Assembly (NCBI GenBank): GCA_036651015.1 | Contig: JAVVYP010000001.1 | Span: 22,940-86,939, forward strand | From: Alistipes sp. | GTDB lineage: Bacteria > Bacteroidota > Bacteroidia > Bacteroidales > Rikenellaceae | Direction: 5' to 3' | DNA: 64,000 bases | Shown: positions 59,210 through 64,000 of the stretch, one piece after another | Position numbering within the stretch: position 1 is the first letter of the stretch | Layout of the letters: every line of letters begins with the position of its first letter | Notes under the pieces: model-generated | Seen by the model: only the letters and a program-made list of their open reading frames with translations | What the model was told of the DNA's origin: nothing | Database searches by the model: none | Program-made: the position numbers and the translations under genes

Positions 59210-61246
59210 ATGCACATTAAATCATTGATTACGACCTGTTGTTTATTGTCATCTATTGGGGGATTTGCCAAAACAGGCGAAGTGAGTTTTGTCACCACGC
59301 CCGACATCCAATCGGTCAACACCAACTACCAAGGCAATCGAGCGCCACTCGCCCCGACAGCATTCATCAAGTTGCCTCTTGGATCTATTCAGCCTCACGG
59401 TTGGATAAACGAACTGCTTGTGCGCCAACGAGATGGATTAGCTGGAAATCTTGGCGCGATCAGCGCGTGGCTTCAAAAAGAGGGTAATGCGTGGCTCTCC
59501 GACGGAGGCCAATTTGGCTGGGAGGAGGTTCCATATTGGTTGCGCGGATACGCAGATATGGCCTTCATACTCAACGACGCGCAGCTGAAAAAAGAGACCA
59601 TGATCTGGATCGAAGGCATATTTCGCGGACAGAGAGAAGATGGCTGGTTTGGCCCGGTAATAGAACACGACAAAGGTCGTGATTACTGGTCAAATATGCT
59701 GGTGCTCTTTACCCTTCAGAATTACTACGAGGCCACCAACGACAAACGGGTCATCGAGTTAATGCTCAAATATTTCAAATACGAACTTTCGGTGCCCGAC
59801 GACAAATTTATTGCCTCCTATTGGGAGCATAGTCGCGGAGGCGATAATTTATATAGCGTCTATTGGCTCTACAACATAACAGGCGAGAAGTGGTTGTTGG
59901 AATTGGCCACAAAAATTGACCGGTGTACAGCCAACTGGCGGCAGAAAGACGCGCTTCCAAATTGGCACAATGTGAATGTAGCACAGTGTTTCCGCGAGCC
60001 TGCAACCTACTATATGCAGTCGAAAGATAGTCTCGATTTATGGGCATCCTACCATAATTTCAATTTAATTCGCAAGATCTACGGGCAGGCACCCGGCGGT
60101 ATGTTCGCCTCCGACGAGAATTGCCGTGTGGGCTACGATGATCCGCGTCAAGGGACTGAAACCTGCGGATTTGCAGAGCAAATGACCTCTGATGGAATTA
60201 TGACACGCATCACCGGCGACGTAATGTGGGCAGACAATTGCGAAGATATTATGTTTAATAGTTTTCCAGCTGCATTTACGCCTGATATGAAAGCACTTCA
60301 CTACATTACCTCTCCCAATATGGTGTTGTGCGATGCGGCCAATCACTCCCCGGGCATCGACAATTCCGGGCCGTTCTTGATGATGAATCCCTTCAGTAGC
60401 CGTTGTTGCCAACACAACCACGCACACGCGGTACCCTACTATATTGGCAATATGTTTATGGCGACAAATGACAATGGTCTACTGGCCAATTTATATGGTT
60501 CTGCACGCGTAACAGCAGCGGTTGCCAATGGCACCAAAGTCACCATCTCGGAGCAAAGCAACTATCCTTTTGAGGAGGCGGTTACATTTACCCTCAACAC
60601 CCAAAAACGCGTCGAATTTCCGCTTTATCTACGGATTCCTGCGTGGTGCAATGCCCCCAAAATCGCTATCAATGGGAGACAGAGTAAGGTTGTTGCCGCA
60701 TCCGGTGGATATATAAAAATTGATCGCACGTGGCGAAATGGCGATAAAATTGAGCTGACGCTACCTATGGATTTGACGCTACGGAAGTGGGAACGCAACA
60801 AGAACAGTGTCTCTGTAAATTACGGACCTATCACATTTTCGTTGGCTATCGCCGAAAATTACATCCCCAAAAGCTCCGTTGAAACAGCCATATCTGATTC
60901 AAAATGGCAAGCCGGAGCTGATGTTGAGAATTGGCCATCCTACGAGATACACCCGGCTTCGGATTGGAACTTTGGGCTGATTGTCGACGAACAGCATCTG
61001 CACAACAGTTTTACGGTGGAGAAACGAGCATATCCCAAAGATAATTATCCGTTCACCAACGCCCTTGCGCCTATCGTCATCAAAGCCAAAGGACGGCAAA
61101 TTTCATCTTGGCAAATAGACCAATACGGTTTATGTGGCATTCTACCACAAAGCCCCGTCAAGACCGACGCCTCGGTTAAAGAGCTGCTATTAGTCCCTAT
61201 GGGAGGGGCACGGCTACGAATTTCGGCCTTTCCAACCACAAATTAA
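59210..61246 (+). CDS. GH127/GH146-type beta-L-arabinofuranosidase, exported
   Basis: GWE..PYWL.G, HNVN, GTETC and RCC (Zn/Cys catalytic motifs), YPF, LRIP.W. Confidence 0.85.
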   Translation: MHIKSLITTCCLLSSIGGFAKTGEVSFVTTPDIQSVNTNYQGNRAPLAPTAFIKLPLGSIQPHGWINELLVRQRDGLAGNLGAISAWLQKEGNAWLSDGGQFGWEEVPYWLRGYADMAFILNDAQLKKETMIWIEGIFRGQREDGWFGPVIEHDKGRDYWSNMLVLFTLQNYYEATNDKRVIELMLKYFKYELSVPDDKFIASYWEHSRGGDNLYSVYWLYNITGEKWLLELATKIDRCTANWRQKDALPNWHNVNVAQCFREPATYYMQSKDSLDLWASYHNFNLIRKIYGQAPGGMFASDENCRVGYDDPRQGTETCGFAEQMTSDGIMTRITGDVMWADNCEDIMFNSFPAAFTPDMKALHYITSPNMVLCDAANHSPGIDNSGPFLMMNPFSSRCCQHNHAHAVPYYIGNMFMATNDNGLLANLYGSARVTAAVANGTKVTISEQSNYPFEEAVTFTLNTQKRVEFPLYLRIPAWCNAPKIAINGRQSKVVAASGGYIKIDRTWRNGDKIELTLPMDLTLRKWERNKNSVSVNYGPITFSLAIAENYIPKSSVETAISDSKWQAGADVENWPSYEIHPASDWNFGLIVDEQHLHNSFTVEKRAYPKDNYPFTNALAPIVIKAKGRQISSWQIDQYGLCGILPQSPVKTDASVKELLLVPMGGARLRISAFPTTN

Positions 61247-61276
61247 TCATACTAACTCATAAAATCAACTATCCAA

Positions 61277-63091
61277 ATGAAGAGAAAACTGTTAATCCTT
61301 TGCTGCTGTCTGCTGGGCGCGGCAACAACACTCAATGCGGCGTGGAGACCATCTGGTGACAAGATCAAAACGCCGTGGGCCGATCAAATCGACATCAACA
61401 ATGTGTTGCCCGAATACCCCCGACCCTTGATGGTTCGTCACCAGTGGCAGAATCTGAACGGATTGTGGCAATATGCCATAACACCACTGGGCGCAATGGA
61501 GCCTACAAAGATGGATGGCGAGATTTTAGTTCCCTTTGCCATTGAATCATCACTTTCGGGCGTACAACGCAACCTAACCGAAAAAGATGAATTGTGGTAT
61601 GCGCGCACCTTCACCATTCCATCTGACTGGCGAGGAAAAGACGTCATTCTCAATTTTGGAGCTGTCGATTGGCAAGCTACCCTATTCATCAACGGCACAA
61701 TGGTGGGCAGTCACAAAGGAGGCTTCACCCCATTCTCATTCAACATAACGCCTTATTTGAATGACAAAGGTGATCAAAAACTTGTGGTTCGGGTATATGA
61801 CGCAACCGATCGCGGCTACCAGCCTCGCGGCAAGCAGACCCTCAATCCAGAGAGCATTTGGTATACGGCCGTCAGCGGCATATGGCAAACCGTATGGTTG
61901 GAGCCGGTCGCCAAAAGCCATATTTCAGGCATAAAGAGCATTCCCAATGTTGATCTTGATTTGATGACGGTCAACGCCGCAGTTGCTAATGCAGAGATTG
62001 GCGACGTCGTGAAAATTAAAATTTCTGAGGCCAATAAAGTGGTATCGACAGCTTGTGGAATGCCCGGTAGCGATATTCGTCTATCCATCAAAGACCCCAA
62101 ACTTTGGAGTCCCGACGCTCCGTTCCTCTACGATATGGAGATAACTCTCCAACGAGGCGCCAAGGTGGTCGATCGGGTTAGTTCTTACTCGGCAATGCGA
62201 AAAATTTCGACCCAACGCGACGAAGCAGGAGTCCAAAGAATTACACTGAACGATCAGCCGATATTCAATTTTGGACCTTTGGATCAAGGTTGGTGGCCCG
62301 ATGGATTGTATACAGCCCCGTGCGACGAAGCACTTCTGTTCGACATTAAAAAGACAAAGGAGTGGGGTTACAATATGATCCGCAAGCACGTCAAGGTCGA
62401 GCCGGCACGTTGGTATTACCATTGCGATCGCGAAGGAATTTTGGTTTGGCAGGATATGCCCAGCGGAGATATGGGCAACAACTGGGAGCCTGACTTATAC
62501 AACGGCGGAACAGACAAAAGGCGCACGCAATGGTCGAAAGATAATTTCCATACAGAATGGCAGGAAATTATGGATTTCTGTATGTCCAATCCGAGTGTGG
62601 TTGTATGGGTTCCTTTCAACGAAGCTTGGGGACAGTTCGACACCGAAAAGGTGGCCAACTGGACTAAGAACTACGACCCATCGCGTCTTGTGAATCCTGC
62701 AAGTGGTGGAAATCACCGCCCGTGTGGAGATGTGCTCGATTTGCATCACTATCCGGGACCGGCGATGAAATTATTCGATCCGATGCGTGTCAACGTACTG
62801 GGCGAATATGGAGGAATCGGGTTGGCCATATCCGATCATTTGTGGTGGGATAAACGCAATTGGGGTTATGTTCAATTCAAAAGTCCCGAAGAAGTTACCG
62901 CGCAATATGAACAATACGCCAACGATATGATCAAGTTCATCAAGTTGGGTTTTGCCGGAGCCGTTTACACCCAAACAACGGATGTCGAAGGCGAGGTCAA
63001 CGGATTGATGACCTATGATCGCAAGATTATGAAAGTTGACGAACAGCGGATCAAAAAGATCAATAGCTCCATTATAAATGCTTTGAAATAG
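61277..63091 (+). CDS. GH2 glycoside hydrolase, exported
   Basis: YPRP..R..W.NLNG.W, FGAVD, LDQGWWPDG, RKHVK, FNEAWG (acid/base), GEYGG (nucleophile). Confidence 0.92.
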   Translation: MKRKLLILCCCLLGAATTLNAAWRPSGDKIKTPWADQIDINNVLPEYPRPLMVRHQWQNLNGLWQYAITPLGAMEPTKMDGEILVPFAIESSLSGVQRNLTEKDELWYARTFTIPSDWRGKDVILNFGAVDWQATLFINGTMVGSHKGGFTPFSFNITPYLNDKGDQKLVVRVYDATDRGYQPRGKQTLNPESIWYTAVSGIWQTVWLEPVAKSHISGIKSIPNVDLDLMTVNAAVANAEIGDVVKIKISEANKVVSTACGMPGSDIRLSIKDPKLWSPDAPFLYDMEITLQRGAKVVDRVSSYSAMRKISTQRDEAGVQRITLNDQPIFNFGPLDQGWWPDGLYTAPCDEALLFDIKKTKEWGYNMIRKHVKVEPARWYYHCDREGILVWQDMPSGDMGNNWEPDLYNGGTDKRRTQWSKDNFHTEWQEIMDFCMSNPSVVVWVPFNEAWGQFDTEKVANWTKNYDPSRLVNPASGGNHRPCGDVLDLHHYPGPAMKLFDPMRVNVLGEYGGIGLAISDHLWWDKRNWGYVQFKSPEEVTAQYEQYANDMIKFIKLGFAGAVYTQTTDVEGEVNGLMTYDRKIMKVDEQRIKKINSSIINALK

Positions 63092-63113
63092 TTAGACACA
63101 TTTCAACGAAAAT

Positions 63114-63161
63114 AAAAGGAACTGTTTAAATTTTTCTGCAAATTTAAACAGTTCCTTTTTT
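63114..63161. terminator. Bidirectional terminator resembling a pair of MITE TIRs
   Basis: Perfect 20-bp IR AAAAGGAACTGTTTAAATTT / AAATTTAAACAGTTCCTTTT. Confidence 0.85.
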
Positions 63162-63207
63162 GCTGCCTTATCGCAGCCTATGATAAATCCACAAACCCAA
63201 ATTTGCG

Positions 63208-63729
63208 TTACAAACTCTCGGCCGTGTGTTTGCTGCCGGCAACGGATTGCAGGGCGAGGTATTCGGCACCATAATCTAACAGATTTTGCAACTCGGTGCG
63301 GAAGGTGTCGAGGTGTTTTTCCTCCTCCTCAATGATCTCTTGAAACAGCCGCTGAGTCACCGCATCGGTGCGTTCGGCGCAGACACGCGACGCCTCGTTA
63401 TAGAGATCTATCGTGCTCTGTTCCAAATTCATCGCCATACGAAACATCTCTTTGACTCCAATGACGGGCTGTGTGCGAAAAGCGGCATTCATATCCACAT
63501 CGCCTTGCAAAAAGAGAATGCGATCCGCAAATTGCTCGATATGACGCATTTCGGCAATCGAAATCGCACGCATAATCTTCGAAAGATGCTCGTAGCGATC
63601 GTTCTCGAAGTGGGTGTGGAAATACATATATTGTAACGAGGTGGCAATCTCCTTGCCAAGGGCGTCATTCAGGCAGTCGATGCTTACCTGATACTTGTTT
63701 TGTGTTTTGTTCTGCGTTGCAGTCTCCAT
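63208..63729 (-). CDS. bfr: Bacterioferritin
   Basis: E......QY..H, EMRH (heme Met), E......YN, EEEKH ferroxidase ligands; start at ATG 63729. Confidence 0.9.
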   Translation of the reverse strand: METATQNKTQNKYQVSIDCLNDALGKEIATSLQYMYFHTHFENDRYEHLSKIMRAISIAEMRHIEQFADRILFLQGDVDMNAAFRTQPVIGVKEMFRMAMNLEQSTIDLYNEASRVCAERTDAVTQRLFQEIIEEEEKHLDTFRTELQNLLDYGAEYLALQSVAGSKHTAESL

Positions 63730-63755
63730 AATGCGAAAGATTTTGCCATCACTGC

Positions 63756-63772
63756 TGCAAAACCCGTTCCAA
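63756..63772 (-). promoter_or_regulatory. Putative sigma54 -24/-12 promoter of bfr
   Basis: Minus strand TTGGAACGGGTTTTGCA = GG-N10-GC, 26 nt before the ATG. Confidence 0.6.
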
Positions 63773-63790
63773 GAGCGCCGCGCATCCGCT

Positions 63791-64000
63791 TTATTTCCAT
63801 TCGATGGCCGCCAACACGGCCACCGTCTCGGCATCGGAGCGAATCTCAAACTGCGCCGACCGTTCACGTACGTCACAACCCACATCAAGCGTCTGCCCAA
63901 AGCGGCATTCGTGGAGAAAATGAACATCCAACCGCACAGGCGCCTCATCGGTCAGCCGCTCCAAAGGCAGCATATCGAACATCAGTCCAATGTAACGCAT
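63791..64000 (-). CDS. 3' end of probable acyl-ACP thioesterase (hotdog fold)
   Basis: RY.....D.L......RLDVHFLHEC.FG pattern; truncated by the window edge. Confidence 0.65.
   Translation of the reverse strand: MRYIGLMFDMLPLERLTDEAPVRLDVHFLHECRFGQTLDVGCDVRERSAQFEIRSDAETVAVLAAIEWK

Overview
Mostly core-genome window from a high-GC Bacteroidales chromosome. Gene order, TAnnTTTG (-7) promoters and the absence of SD sites fit Alistipes/Rikenellaceae (inference). Housekeeping loci: FKBP-nhaA-agmatinase, pdxB-pyrD-cinA, rpmB-rpmG-DUF4295, ftsY-rimO, zapB-like/zapA/probable 6S RNA/rny, gcvT, a receiver-domain PPDK-like protein plus gdhA, mreBCD-mrdA-rodA-Ca ATPase, gpsA-pgi, cvpA-rsgA-trmH-aminotransferase-GH3, ispG-wbqC, miaA, rfbACDB, ybaK-ABC-F and bfr, with tRNA-Gly(GCC) and tRNA-Leu(TAA). 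Small accessory inserts: a GT8-GT4 fusion, DUF1919, a two-component system with a PepSY-like lipoprotein, and GH127+GH2. No transposase, integrase, RT, CRISPR or prophage was seen. The most interesting signals are small and mostly non-coding: (1) a TTA-targeting MITE family seen as a full 159-bp copy, collapsed hairpins, an 8-bp footprint and solo ends, two of which bracket an AT-rich gene; (2) an 89-bp element that duplicates the -7 promoter box of pyrD and can fold two ways; (3) a tRNA-Gly leader holding a half-tRNA and a 15-nt perfect antisense to the anticodon arm; (4) a G9 tract that could switch off one domain of a bifunctional glycosyltransferase; (5) sigma54-type promoters on both ferritin-like genes; (6) two apparent pseudoenzymes and an uncharacterised receiver/dikinase next to gdhA. 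All calls were made by eye, without database searches.
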